From assembly GCF_001945605.1 (NCBI RefSeq), contig NZ_MPKA01000021.1:48157-80156 (forward strand): a DNA stretch of 32,000 nucleotides, in the 5' to 3' direction. Origin of the DNA: Dubosiella newyorkensis (GTDB taxonomy: Bacteria > Bacillota_I > Bacilli_A > Erysipelotrichales > Erysipelotrichaceae). The translations under genes and the position numbers were made by a program. The notes beneath the pieces are model-generated. The model worked only from the letters and a program-made list of their open reading frames with translations. It did no database searches and was not told where the DNA came from. Shown in pieces: positions 7,841 to 15,419 of this stretch; the first letter of the stretch is position 1; each line of letters opens with the position of its first letter.

Positions 7841-9142
7841 ATGAAAAATTTGGATCGCTTTACCGAACCTTTGATCGAATTCGGTGCGAAACTTAACAAC
7901 TTTAAACCTTTAGAGATTCTTCGCGACGCCTTCATGCTTGCGTTCCCGCTTACGATTTTTGGTTCGATCACGTTGATCATCGCCAATTTCCCATTCTTAT
8001 CTCAATTGATCGGAGAAACGAATGCCGCAACATTGAATACGATGCTTGGGCCTGCTTCGACAGCAACGATGAGTATCGCAGCCGTCTTCCTATGCATGGG
8101 TATTGGGTATTATTATTCAAAATCAAAAGATTGTGATCCAATTTTTGGAGCCGCGATCGCACTTGCAGCCTTCTTGCTTGTCACTCCAATGTTCATGAAT
8201 GTAGATTTGGAAAGCGGTGAGCAGCTTCTTGTCAGCAACGTCTTCAATATCGACCGCTTAGGTGCAAGAGGAATGTTCGTCGCTATGATCGGTTCTTATC
8301 TTGCCGCCTTCATGTATTGCTGGGTTACAGAGAAAAACTGGACGATCAAGATGCCTAGTTCCGTACCTCCTGCTGTTTCGAAATCATTCTCTGCATTGAT
8401 TCCTGCTGTATTGACATTGACTGTCTTCTTATTGATCCGCATTGGTTTTGAATTCACGCCTTGGGGCAACGTGCATGATTTTATTTACCAAGTCGTTCAA
8501 GCGCCATTGACAAATTTGGGAAAAGGTCTTGGTGCTACGATCTTAGCGATCTTATGTATCCAGCTTTTATGGTTCTTTGGTTTGCATGGACAAATCATCG
8601 TCAACTCTGTGCTCGATCCAATCTGGAACACATTGACACTTCAAAACTTGGAAGCTTTCCAAGCAGGAACTCCAATTCCGAACATCGTAACAAAGCAATT
8701 CATCGAAATCTTCACTGTAGGTATTGGTGGTTCTGGTATGACATTGGCTGTCGTGATCATCTTGATGTTCTTCTGTAAGTCGCAACAATTGAAACAAATT
8801 GGTCGCTTAGCAGCGCCTGCTGGCATCTTCAACGTCAACGAACCCGTCATCTTTGGTATGCCGATCGTAATGAATCCTATGATCTTCATCCCGTGGATCG
8901 TAGCGCCAGTCATCAACGTGATCATCGTTTACTTCGCAATGTCTTCAGGACTTGTACCATATACAACAGGAATCACCGTTCCTTGGACGACGCCGATCTT
9001 CTTGTCTGGATGTCTAGCGACAAACTCTGTAATGGGTGGAGTGATCCAGCTAGTCGAACTCGTTGTGGTCGGAATTTGCTGGTTCCCATTCTTGAAGGCT
9101 TTGGATCGTCAAAACGTCAAATTAGAAGAAGAAGCAGAATAA
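7841..9142 (+). CDS. PTS lactose/cellobiose-family EIIC permease
   Basis: Start at MKNLDRFTEPLIEFGAKLNNFKPLEILRDAFMLAFPLTIFGSI.. (typical CelB/LicC N-terminus) with SD AAGGAGA upstream. Polytopic throughout. The track ORF starts 18 codons earlier in AT-rich sequence. Confidence 0.85.
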   Translation: MKNLDRFTEPLIEFGAKLNNFKPLEILRDAFMLAFPLTIFGSITLIIANFPFLSQLIGETNAATLNTMLGPASTATMSIAAVFLCMGIGYYYSKSKDCDPIFGAAIALAAFLLVTPMFMNVDLESGEQLLVSNVFNIDRLGARGMFVAMIGSYLAAFMYCWVTEKNWTIKMPSSVPPAVSKSFSALIPAVLTLTVFLLIRIGFEFTPWGNVHDFIYQVVQAPLTNLGKGLGATILAILCIQLLWFFGLHGQIIVNSVLDPIWNTLTLQNLEAFQAGTPIPNIVTKQFIEIFTVGIGGSGMTLAVVIILMFFCKSQQLKQIGRLAAPAGIFNVNEPVIFGMPIVMNPMIFIPWIVAPVINVIIVYFAMSSGLVPYTTGITVPWTTPIFLSGCLATNSVMGGVIQLVELVVVGICWFPFLKALDRQNVKLEEEAE

Positions 9143-9143
9143 A

Positions 9144-10049
9144 ATGACCTCAGTTGTTTGCTTTGATATCGGAGGAACCGCAATTAAATATGGCTTGATC
9201 CAAGATGGAACGATCATCGATCAAGGAAAATTTGCAACAGACTTAACGAATGGATCGCTCATGTTGAGCCGCATGGGCGATATCATTCAAGACTACAAAA
9301 AAGCTCATGAGCTAGATGGGATTTCCATCAGCTCCCCAGGCTTTGTAGATAATCGATCCGGCATGATCATTTCGGGAAACATCATTGACGGATTCAACGG
9401 ACTCAATATCCGGGATTACTTTCAAAAACATTACCAATTAGATACAGCTATCGAAAACGATGCCAACTCGGCTACGATCGCCGAACACGCTTTAGGCAAC
9501 GGAAAAGGCTATGAGAACATGGTTTGCATGACGTTGGGTACAGGTGTTGGCGGTGGTATCATCATCAACAATAAGCTTTATACCGGAAACGCGAAAATGG
9601 CTGGAGAATTTGGTTTCATGTTCATCAACGGCATTCAAACGGATCGCCCAGAAGATGAGATCCTTTCTGGCTACGCGTCGACAAGAGCGCTTGTCGAATC
9701 CGTGAATAAAGAACTCGAAGAAGAGATCGACGGGATCGAGGTTTTTGATCGCGCCAATCGTGGAGATGCTTTGTGCAAGCAAAAAACTTCCGATTTCTTC
9801 GATGCGATCGCGATGGGCATCTACAACATTGCCTATACGATCAATCCTGATATCGTTTTGATCGGTGGAGCTGTTTCCATGCAGCCTCAGCTCATCGATG
9901 AAGTTAAAAAGCGGATCGAATACTTAACACCATCTTTTTCTCTCAACTTACTGGATATTATGAAGATCGATCGCTGCAAATTCTTAAACGATGCAGGACT
10001 CTATGGAGCCTATGCCAACTTTATAGAGTCAAGAAAAGTCGAAGCGTAG
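9144..10049 (+). CDS. ROK-family sugar kinase
   Basis: N-terminal VVCFDIGGTAIKYGLI (ATP-binding DxGGT). ..ENDANSATIAEHALGNG.. and ..LGTGVGGGIIIN.. are ROK signatures. The start lies 1 nt after the EIIC stop. Confidence 0.85.
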   Translation: MTSVVCFDIGGTAIKYGLIQDGTIIDQGKFATDLTNGSLMLSRMGDIIQDYKKAHELDGISISSPGFVDNRSGMIISGNIIDGFNGLNIRDYFQKHYQLDTAIENDANSATIAEHALGNGKGYENMVCMTLGTGVGGGIIINNKLYTGNAKMAGEFGFMFINGIQTDRPEDEILSGYASTRALVESVNKELEEEIDGIEVFDRANRGDALCKQKTSDFFDAIAMGIYNIAYTINPDIVLIGGAVSMQPQLIDEVKKRIEYLTPSFSLNLLDIMKIDRCKFLNDAGLYGAYANFIESRKVEA

Positions 10050-10067
10050 TCTTCGGCTTTTTTTTTT
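10038..10067 (+). terminator. Rho-independent terminator of the EIIC-ROK operon
   Basis: GTCGAAG / CTTCGGC stem (one G-U pair) with a 6-nt loop containing the ROK stop codon, followed by T10. Confidence 0.7.
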
Positions 10068-10113
10068 GCGAATAGATATGTTACGATAATCAAAATTCTG
10101 CCGCCGGGTAGTG

Positions 10114-10161
10114 CTCACGTTTGTCATAAGGCCTTTGAAGACAAACGGGAGTGTTTTTTTT
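10114..10161 (+). terminator. Second hairpin plus T8 immediately upstream of the next gene's RBS (tandem terminator or 5' attenuator)
   Basis: CTCACGTTTGTC / GACAAACGGGAG gives 11 bp with one mismatch and a 14-nt loop. TG and T8 follow, then TAGGAGG and ATG at 10175. Confidence 0.5.
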
Positions 10162-10174
10162 AGGAGGAAATAAA

Positions 10175-10654
10175 ATGTATCATTCAATGCGCCGTTCAAG
10201 GCAACAGCTTTCTGAACAAGAGACGATCAAGATCTTAGAAAACGCAACTTCAGGCGTGCTTGCTCTTTTCGATGCGGATGATTATACGTATGCCCTTCCC
10301 ATCAGCTATGTGTACCATGGAAACGAGATCTATTTTCACAGCGCCTCTTCTGGACATAAGATCGAAGCGATCAAATATCATCAAAAAGTGTCTTTTTGCG
10401 TAGTTGCGCAAGACAAGATCGTTCCGGAAAAATTTACGACCTTTTTTAAAAGCGCGATTGTCTTTGGAACAATCGAGATCATCGAAGATGAAGCAGAAAA
10501 AAGAAAAGCGATCGAATGTCTTTCTAAAAAATATTCTCCCCATGAAACCGAGGAAAGAACTCAACAAGAGATCGATCGGTTTTGGAAGCAGCTGACGATG
10601 CTAAAGCTCAATATTGAAAAGATAAGCGGGAAACAATCGATCGAGCTTGTTTGA
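10175..10654 (+). CDS. Pyridoxamine 5'-phosphate oxidase-fold family protein (Nim / nitroimidazole-reductase-like)
   Basis: MYHSMRRSRQQLSEQETIKILENATSGVLAL..YALPISYVYHGNEIYFHSASSGHKIEAI..VSFCVV is the typical N-terminal pattern of the Pyridox_ox_2/Nim family. SD AGGAGG lies 8 nt upstream of ATG 10175; the GTG at 10151 in the track sits inside the terminator T-run. Confidence 0.7.
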   Translation: MYHSMRRSRQQLSEQETIKILENATSGVLALFDADDYTYALPISYVYHGNEIYFHSASSGHKIEAIKYHQKVSFCVVAQDKIVPEKFTTFFKSAIVFGTIEIIEDEAEKRKAIECLSKKYSPHETEERTQQEIDRFWKQLTMLKLNIEKISGKQSIELV

Positions 10655-11221
10655 ATGATGTTAAAAAACAACACTTGGATCTTAGGATATGGCTTTGTTT
10701 TCAATCCATTGATCAATCTTCCCGTCTTCTTTTGGATCGATGTTTCTTATGAGAATTTAAGCTATATTGGAACGACCCTTCATCATCCGCTCTACCTTGT
10801 GCTTTGGGCCATCTCAAGCGTATTCGGATTGTATTTCTTTTCAACCGCTATTTGGAGCGCGTATTCGATTCCGTATCGTCGATGGCTCCACGCCCTATTT
10901 TGTATCGGCATGATCCTTTCCTGTCTCATTCCCTATTCAGCCGATATGCCAGGTTGGATCAACGATCTGCATGTGTGGATCGCGATCGTTTGTGTGTCGG
11001 GATTTATCTTTTCTTGGCTTAAAACGATCCTATATTCTTGGCTTCCCTCTTCGTTTTGGATCCTTTATAAAGCGTTGCTCATTATCTTCGCGCTAGGATT
11101 TCTAGCGATCTGTTTTGCGGGATCGATCAATGGTTTGAGCGAAATCATTTTCTCGATTGGCGTCAACGCGATCTTGAGCCTTACCCTCTTCAATTTAAGC
11201 AAGAAGGATAAAAAAAAATGA
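10655..11221 (+). CDS. Hypothetical polytopic membrane protein (about 5-6 TM)
   Basis: The ATG immediately follows the preceding TGA. Hydrophobic helices throughout, with a lysine-rich tail KKDKKK. No family recognised. Confidence 0.6.
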   Translation: MMLKNNTWILGYGFVFNPLINLPVFFWIDVSYENLSYIGTTLHHPLYLVLWAISSVFGLYFFSTAIWSAYSIPYRRWLHALFCIGMILSCLIPYSADMPGWINDLHVWIAIVCVSGFIFSWLKTILYSWLPSSFWILYKALLIIFALGFLAICFAGSINGLSEIIFSIGVNAILSLTLFNLSKKDKKK

Positions 11222-11230
11222 TCGAACTTT

Positions 11231-12694
11231 TTAAGCTGGATCATTTTTTAATACCACTCGTTTTGTAGCGATATTTTGACAAAAGAGCGCATCGTGCTCC
11301 ACAAATAATAGCGTATACTGACTTTCTTGAAGCATTTGTTCGATTTGCACCCGACTCTGCAGATCTAGATCGTTCAAAGGTTCATCCCAAATATACAAAT
11401 GGGCTTCTTCGCAAAGGCTTCGCGCAAGCATGATCTTTCGTTTTTGACCATTGGATAATTCAAGAAGTGGGTGAGCGAGCTCTTCACGGGAAAAGCCGAG
11501 TTTTCTAAGCAACGTCATGATTTTTGTTCGATCGATCGCATATTGCTCGATATAGTTTCGCAAAGAGCCTTTGACTTCCTCGAGACTTTGGGCAACATAC
11601 GAGATTTTGAGTCCGCTAGCAAGATCCAATTCGCCTGTATATTCCACTTGTCCTAGGATTGCTTTGAGCATGCTGCTTTTGCCGCTCCCGTTTGGACCTG
11701 CCAGCAAGACGTGTTCTCCTTGCTCGATCGAAAAGCTGACTTTATTCGTTTGCCAACCATCATAAAGAACACTTACATTCAAGAAGCTGATGAGTTTTGC
11801 TCGCTTATATGGGATCGTTTTAATTTGTAGCTGTTCAAGCTTGATATCGCTTTTGAGAAGCTTTTGTTTTTGAGCGATCGCTTTTTCTTTACGTGCTTCG
11901 ATCGTCTTGGAGCGTTTCATGAGCTTGACTGCTTTATGTCCGATAAATCCTTTATCGGCTGCTCCGATCTTTTCTTTTTCTTTAGAATGGGACCATTCGC
12001 TATTTAGGCGTGCGGATGAGGAGAGTCGTTTGATTTCTTTCTGTAGACGGATGTTTTCAGCTCGATCACGTGCAAGCTTATGTTCGTGATCGATTTGCCA
12101 AGCTGAATAATTCCCTTGTCGAACCGTAATTCCATGATCGATCACGACTAAATGATCGATACAGGCATCCAACAGCACTCGATCATGACTGACAAGCAAG
12201 AAACCTTCCTTCGAGCTTAGATATTGGGCGAGGAGCTTCTTTCCTTCAAGATCTAAATGGTTGCTCGGTTCATCTAACAAGATATACGCTCCTTCTTTCA
12301 AAAACATAGCACCTAGCATGCTTCGCATCCTCTCCCCATACGAAAGAGTCTCAAAGGGATGCCAAAGAATATCGTTTCTAAGATGGAGCTTCGCGCATTC
12401 TTTTTCGATCTGCCATGCTTGAGCACCAGAAATTTCTTCTAAAAGTTCGATCGTCAATAAAGCTGGGTCTATTCTCTGACAAGGAAAGATTTCTGCAGAT
12501 ACAGGTTGAATCAATGTTCCACTTCCTTCAAGTTCTCGAGCAAGGATCTTCAAAAGTGTCGTCTTTCCGCAGCCATTGGCGCCGATCATGCCGCATTTCC
12601 ATCGGGTATCCAAGGAAAATGAGATATGATCCAGTATGGGATCATCAATCGATTCATATTGAAAGGTATATTTATTGAATGTGATCATCGCCAT
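11231..12694 (-). CDS. ABC-F ATPase, Lsa-like (candidate antibiotic-resistance ribosomal protection protein)
   Basis: Two ABC cassettes and no TM domain. Cassette 1: GANGCGKTT, LSYGERMR, ILLDEPSNHLD. Cassette 2: GPNGSGKSS, LSNGQKRK, YIWDEPLNDLD. A charged inter-domain linker separates them. The N-terminus MAMITFNKYTFQYE..LDTRWKCGMIGANGCGKTT..FPCQ resembles Lsa-type proteins. Start at ATG 12694 with SD GGAGGTG. An attenuator lies upstream. Confidence 0.85.
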   Translation of the reverse strand: MAMITFNKYTFQYESIDDPILDHISFSLDTRWKCGMIGANGCGKTTLLKILARELEGSGTLIQPVSAEIFPCQRIDPALLTIELLEEISGAQAWQIEKECAKLHLRNDILWHPFETLSYGERMRSMLGAMFLKEGAYILLDEPSNHLDLEGKKLLAQYLSSKEGFLLVSHDRVLLDACIDHLVVIDHGITVRQGNYSAWQIDHEHKLARDRAENIRLQKEIKRLSSSARLNSEWSHSKEKEKIGAADKGFIGHKAVKLMKRSKTIEARKEKAIAQKQKLLKSDIKLEQLQIKTIPYKRAKLISFLNVSVLYDGWQTNKVSFSIEQGEHVLLAGPNGSGKSSMLKAILGQVEYTGELDLASGLKISYVAQSLEEVKGSLRNYIEQYAIDRTKIMTLLRKLGFSREELAHPLLELSNGQKRKIMLARSLCEEAHLYIWDEPLNDLDLQSRVQIEQMLQESQYTLLFVEHDALFCQNIATKRVVLKNDPA

Positions 12695-12710
12695 CGTTTT
12701 CACCTCCAAA

Positions 12711-12743
12711 TAAAAAGACCGCAAAGAAAACTTCCGCGGTCTT
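12711..12743 (-). terminator. Leader terminator (attenuator) immediately upstream of the ABC-F RBS
   Basis: Minus-strand RNA reads AAGACCGC-GGAAGTTTTCTTT-GCGGTCTT followed by TTTATTTGGAGG. The 8-bp GC-rich stem runs directly into a U-tract and the SD. Confidence 0.7.
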
Positions 12744-12825
12744 GATTGATTTGGCGTTGATAAAAATGGACCGATCAATTGGTCCCGTGTTTAAACATGA
12801 TTAAAAGATGGAAGTTTTCTGTTTT

Positions 12826-12858
12826 CTAGTCGTTTGTATAAACAGAAACATTCAACAT
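12826..12858 (-). CDS. Putative 10-codon leader peptide MLNVSVYTND of the ABC-F attenuator
   Basis: ATG 12858..12856 is preceded by AGAGGTGA; the stop is TAG at 12828..12826. It lies between the predicted promoter and the terminator. Confidence 0.5.
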   Translation of the reverse strand: MLNVSVYTND

Positions 12859-12879
12859 CTTCTCACCTCTTTCTCGAAT

Positions 12880-12908
12880 ATTATATGCTTCTGCTTTCAA
12901 AAAGACAA
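12880..12908 (-). promoter_or_regulatory. Sigma-A type promoter for the ABC-F leader
   Basis: Minus strand reads TTGTCT (12908..12903), a 17-nt spacer, then TATAAT (12885..12880). Confidence 0.55.
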
Positions 12909-13019
12909 GTTTTCACAAAATTCCTTTAAAACAGCCACTTTTTCCAGTTGCTTGTTTTTAGTTTCATGCCTTGTTAAGATGAAGATGCCAAAAGAAAAGG
13001 TATTAAAAATTGGTTTAAA

Positions 13020-13086
13020 CATAGAGAAGATCTATGCGGGATCAAAAAGCGTTCTAGCAAATTGGACACAAAAGTCGTTAAAATGA
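13020..13086. repeat. Imperfect direct repeat, copy A (67 nt)
   Basis: CATAGAGAAGATCTATGCGGGATC....GACACAAAAGTCGTTAAAATGA. It contains an internal CATAGA/TCTATG inverted repeat. Confidence 0.6.
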
Positions 13087-13211
13087 GCAAAATAGACTCG
13101 AAGAAATTGAGAATAAGATGAGGGAAAGCTCTCTCGTTACAACAAATCAAAAGAAATCAATCGATTCGAGCGATCAGTCAATAGCTAGACGAAAGAGATA
13201 CGATCCTAAAG

Positions 13212-13279
13212 CATAGAGAATCTATGTCGGATCGAATGCATCTCGTCAAGCTTTCGCGACACAGAAGTCGTTAAAATGA
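13212..13279. repeat. Imperfect direct repeat, copy B (68 nt)
   Basis: CATAGAGAATCTATGTCGGATC....GACACAGAAGTCGTTAAAATGA. The 3' 22 nt match copy A at 21/22 positions, the 5' end is conserved, and the centre has diverged. Confidence 0.6.
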
Positions 13280-13491
13280 AATGTCAACAACGGTCAAATA
13301 AAACATGGTTATGGCAGCAAGCGGAAATGAACGGTCAAACCTAGATCGATCATCACAAGCGAAAACATCTGAAAGGAAAGATGGACGCAGGACCGAGCGA
13401 AAAGAATAAGTCCAAATCATAATGAATAGGAAGCATAGAACCACTCGATATGTGGTCAAATAGATAGACGAATTCATTCATCCAAAACATA

Positions 13492-13515
13492 AAAAGAGTC
13501 CGAAAGGACTCTTTT
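13492..13515 (-). terminator. Rho-independent terminator after the membrane/TPR gene (A-tract/T-tract, potentially bidirectional)
   Basis: AAAAGAGTCC-GAAA-GGACTCTTTT, located 5 nt after the stop at 13520. Confidence 0.75.
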
Positions 13516-13519
13516 CATA

Positions 13520-14761
13520 TTATTCGACATCTAAATTGAGATTGTTGATCTTTGTAAGATACGATTCTGCTTTTTTGACAAAATACATCGTATTGCCAAG
13601 CTGAACCACTTTTTCAAAATACATCTTTGCGATGTTGTAGTCTTCCTGTACAAAGCTGATCAAAGCGATATAGTAAGATGCGTCCACTTGCTGAAACGGA
13701 AATGGCGAATGCTTCAAAGAAGCGAGATAATACTTTTTGCATTCATTGAAATCGCCATTCATCAATCGGATCTTGTTTTCGATCGAAGCGATCTCTTCAG
13801 AACGGATCATCACGCCCGTTGGGCCAAAATTCATGCGAACTTTGCTCGCTTCTTCCTTGCATCGAATCAGTGCTGCCTCATCTTTGAGCATATAATCGAT
13901 ATATCCCATCAAAGACCAATACGTCAAAGTGCTTGCCGCGTCTTTTCGCGGATACGTGATCAAGATATCTTGCGCGAGTTCTGGATCATCCATATAGATC
14001 AAGCATTGCGCCAACAATGATTTTTGCGTCAATTTGATCTTGTTTCGCTTCGTCGAATAATAGACGATCGCGGAAAAGCAAGCTTGAGGATCGCAATTTT
14101 CATACAAGAGCTTCGTGATCGGAATAAAGCATTGAGCCCGATAACGAAGAAGAGCGTTGAACGCCATCATATAAAACAAAAGCGCCAAGACCAAGATCCA
14201 AATGTTGTTGATGAAAAACATGATGCAGAAGATCGCGACGATCCCTAATGCGTAGATCAAAGAGATCCGATCGATCTGCTTGCGGCACTTGATCGCCAGC
14301 TCCTTGTATTCTGGAAGCAGCTGATGATGGATCTGATAAATACGGACGATCTCCTCGTCGTTGCTGATCTTTCTTGCCCGCAAGGAAGAGAGAGTCGAAC
14401 TTCTTAAGGAAAGCCAGCCATAGAGCGTGACGATCATCATCGGGATCACAAGAAAGGTGCTGATCATAAGCATTGTATCTGGCATCATAAATAGAAGCAT
14501 GAAAATCAAATAAGGAGCCCAGGCGCTGATTGGAATGAGCATTTGAGAGATCAAGACGGCATTGACGATCCCCGCTACGACCAAACCACCCATCGCATAC
14601 GTTAACACGATATTCGATTTCATGAACGAAAGGACTTCTGGAGGTACGATCCCAGCGCTTGTGATCGCTGAATTTGAGAACGTGAATGCCATCAAGAGCA
14701 CACCCACACAAAAGGCCGCAACTAAAATCAAGAACTGAGTTTTACATTTATATTTCCACAT
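13520..14761 (-). CDS. Hypothetical membrane protein with C-terminal TPR-like helical domain
   Basis: Start at MWKYKCKTQFLILVAAF.. (ATG 14761), 1 nt after the cysE stop. About 6 hydrophobic helices in the first 240 aa are followed by a soluble helical repeat region (..YYLASLKHSPFPFQQVDASYYIALISFVQEDYNIAKMYFEKVVQLG..). Confidence 0.65.
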   Translation of the reverse strand: MWKYKCKTQFLILVAAFCVGVLLMAFTFSNSAITSAGIVPPEVLSFMKSNIVLTYAMGGLVVAGIVNAVLISQMLIPISAWAPYLIFMLLFMMPDTMLMISTFLVIPMMIVTLYGWLSLRSSTLSSLRARKISNDEEIVRIYQIHHQLLPEYKELAIKCRKQIDRISLIYALGIVAIFCIMFFINNIWILVLALLFYMMAFNALLRYRAQCFIPITKLLYENCDPQACFSAIVYYSTKRNKIKLTQKSLLAQCLIYMDDPELAQDILITYPRKDAASTLTYWSLMGYIDYMLKDEAALIRCKEEASKVRMNFGPTGVMIRSEEIASIENKIRLMNGDFNECKKYYLASLKHSPFPFQQVDASYYIALISFVQEDYNIAKMYFEKVVQLGNTMYFVKKAESYLTKINNLNLDVE

Positions 14762-14762
14762 A

Positions 14763-15308
14763 CTATTCCTCGTCTTTTTCTTTATGGAGAATATTCCTAG
14801 CAGGCAATCCGACCGCTGTCGCATAAGTGGGAACATCGTTCAGCACGACCGCGTTCGCTCCAACTTTGCTGTAGGCGCCTAGCGTAATATTTCCTAAGAT
14901 CTTCGCACCCGAACCGACATAGACTCCATCCTCTAATGTTGGGTGTCTTTTGCAATCTGTCGATCCTCTTCCCCCTAAGGTCACTCCATGGTAGAGCTGA
15001 CAATCATCCCCGATAATCGTCGTTTCGCCGATCACTACCCCCATACCATGATCGATGACTAGACCTTTTCCGATCGTCGCTCCTGGATGGATCTCGATGC
15101 CCGTTTTATGACGAGCCCGATTCGACAGCCACCGAGCAAATGTATGATGGTCATGTCTCCAAAACCAATTGGCAATTCGATAATGATACAAAGCTTTAAT
15201 GTGCGGATAGATGAAGAGGACCTCGAATTTTGATTTAGCAGCAGGGTCGAGCTCCATCGTCCGCTTTACGTTATATTTTGCATATTCGATCAATGAACTT
15301 TTAGACAT
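14763..15308 (-). CDS. cysE: Serine O-acetyltransferase
   Basis: DPAAKSKFEVLFIYPHIKALYHYRIANWF.. followed by hexapeptide repeats GIEIHPGATIGKGLVIDHGMGVVIGETTIIGDDCQLYHGVTLGG. Confidence 0.9.
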   Translation of the reverse strand: MSKSSLIEYAKYNVKRTMELDPAAKSKFEVLFIYPHIKALYHYRIANWFWRHDHHTFARWLSNRARHKTGIEIHPGATIGKGLVIDHGMGVVIGETTIIGDDCQLYHGVTLGGRGSTDCKRHPTLEDGVYVGSGAKILGNITLGAYSKVGANAVVLNDVPTYATAVGLPARNILHKEKDEE

Positions 15309-15314
15309 GTATCA

Positions 15315-15343
15315 ATTTTAGATTTTTTTCAACTAAAATGCAA
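15315..15343 (-). promoter_or_regulatory. Sigma-A type promoter placing the transcription start at or next to the cysE ATG (leaderless mRNA candidate)
   Basis: Minus strand reads TTGCAT (15343..15338), a 17-nt spacer, TAAAAT (15320..15315), then only 6 nt (TGATAC) before ATG 15308. No SD is present. Confidence 0.45.
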
Positions 15344-15382
15344 GATAAGCAACAACTTCCCGTCTTTTCCCATATTTAATTG

Positions 15383-15412
15383 AAAAAAGCACATCTATAC
15401 ATAGATATGCTT
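15383..15412 (-). terminator. Rho-independent terminator after the adhesin gene
   Basis: Minus-strand AAGCATATCTA-TGTA-TAGATGTGCTT (one G-U pair) followed by TTTTTT. Confidence 0.65.
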
Positions 15413-15419
15413 CGTGGGA

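Noticed and set aside
7717-7986. 89-aa minus-strand ORF spanning the EIIC promoter and start
   Set aside because: It lies in very AT-rich promoter DNA, overlaps the well-supported EIIC start, and has a low-complexity Ile/Phe/Lys translation.
13020-13279. Whether the two 67-nt repeats are a CRISPR array
   Set aside because: There are only two copies, the centres have diverged, the spacing is 192 bp, and there are no cas genes. This is not a CRISPR architecture.
12808-13477. Track ORFs 12808-13086 (+) and 13271-13477 (-) in the long gap upstream of the ABC-F gene
   Set aside because: They have no SD and odd composition. The first runs antisense through the ABC-F leader peptide and promoter. 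I treat the region as non-coding with repeats.
14100-14711. 203-aa alternative-frame ORF, plus 13688-14248 antisense ORFs, inside the membrane/TPR gene
   Set aside because: The Arg/Asp/Ser-rich translation is typical of an off-frame reading of GATC/CGA-rich DNA. It is fully contained within a better-supported membrane-protein frame.
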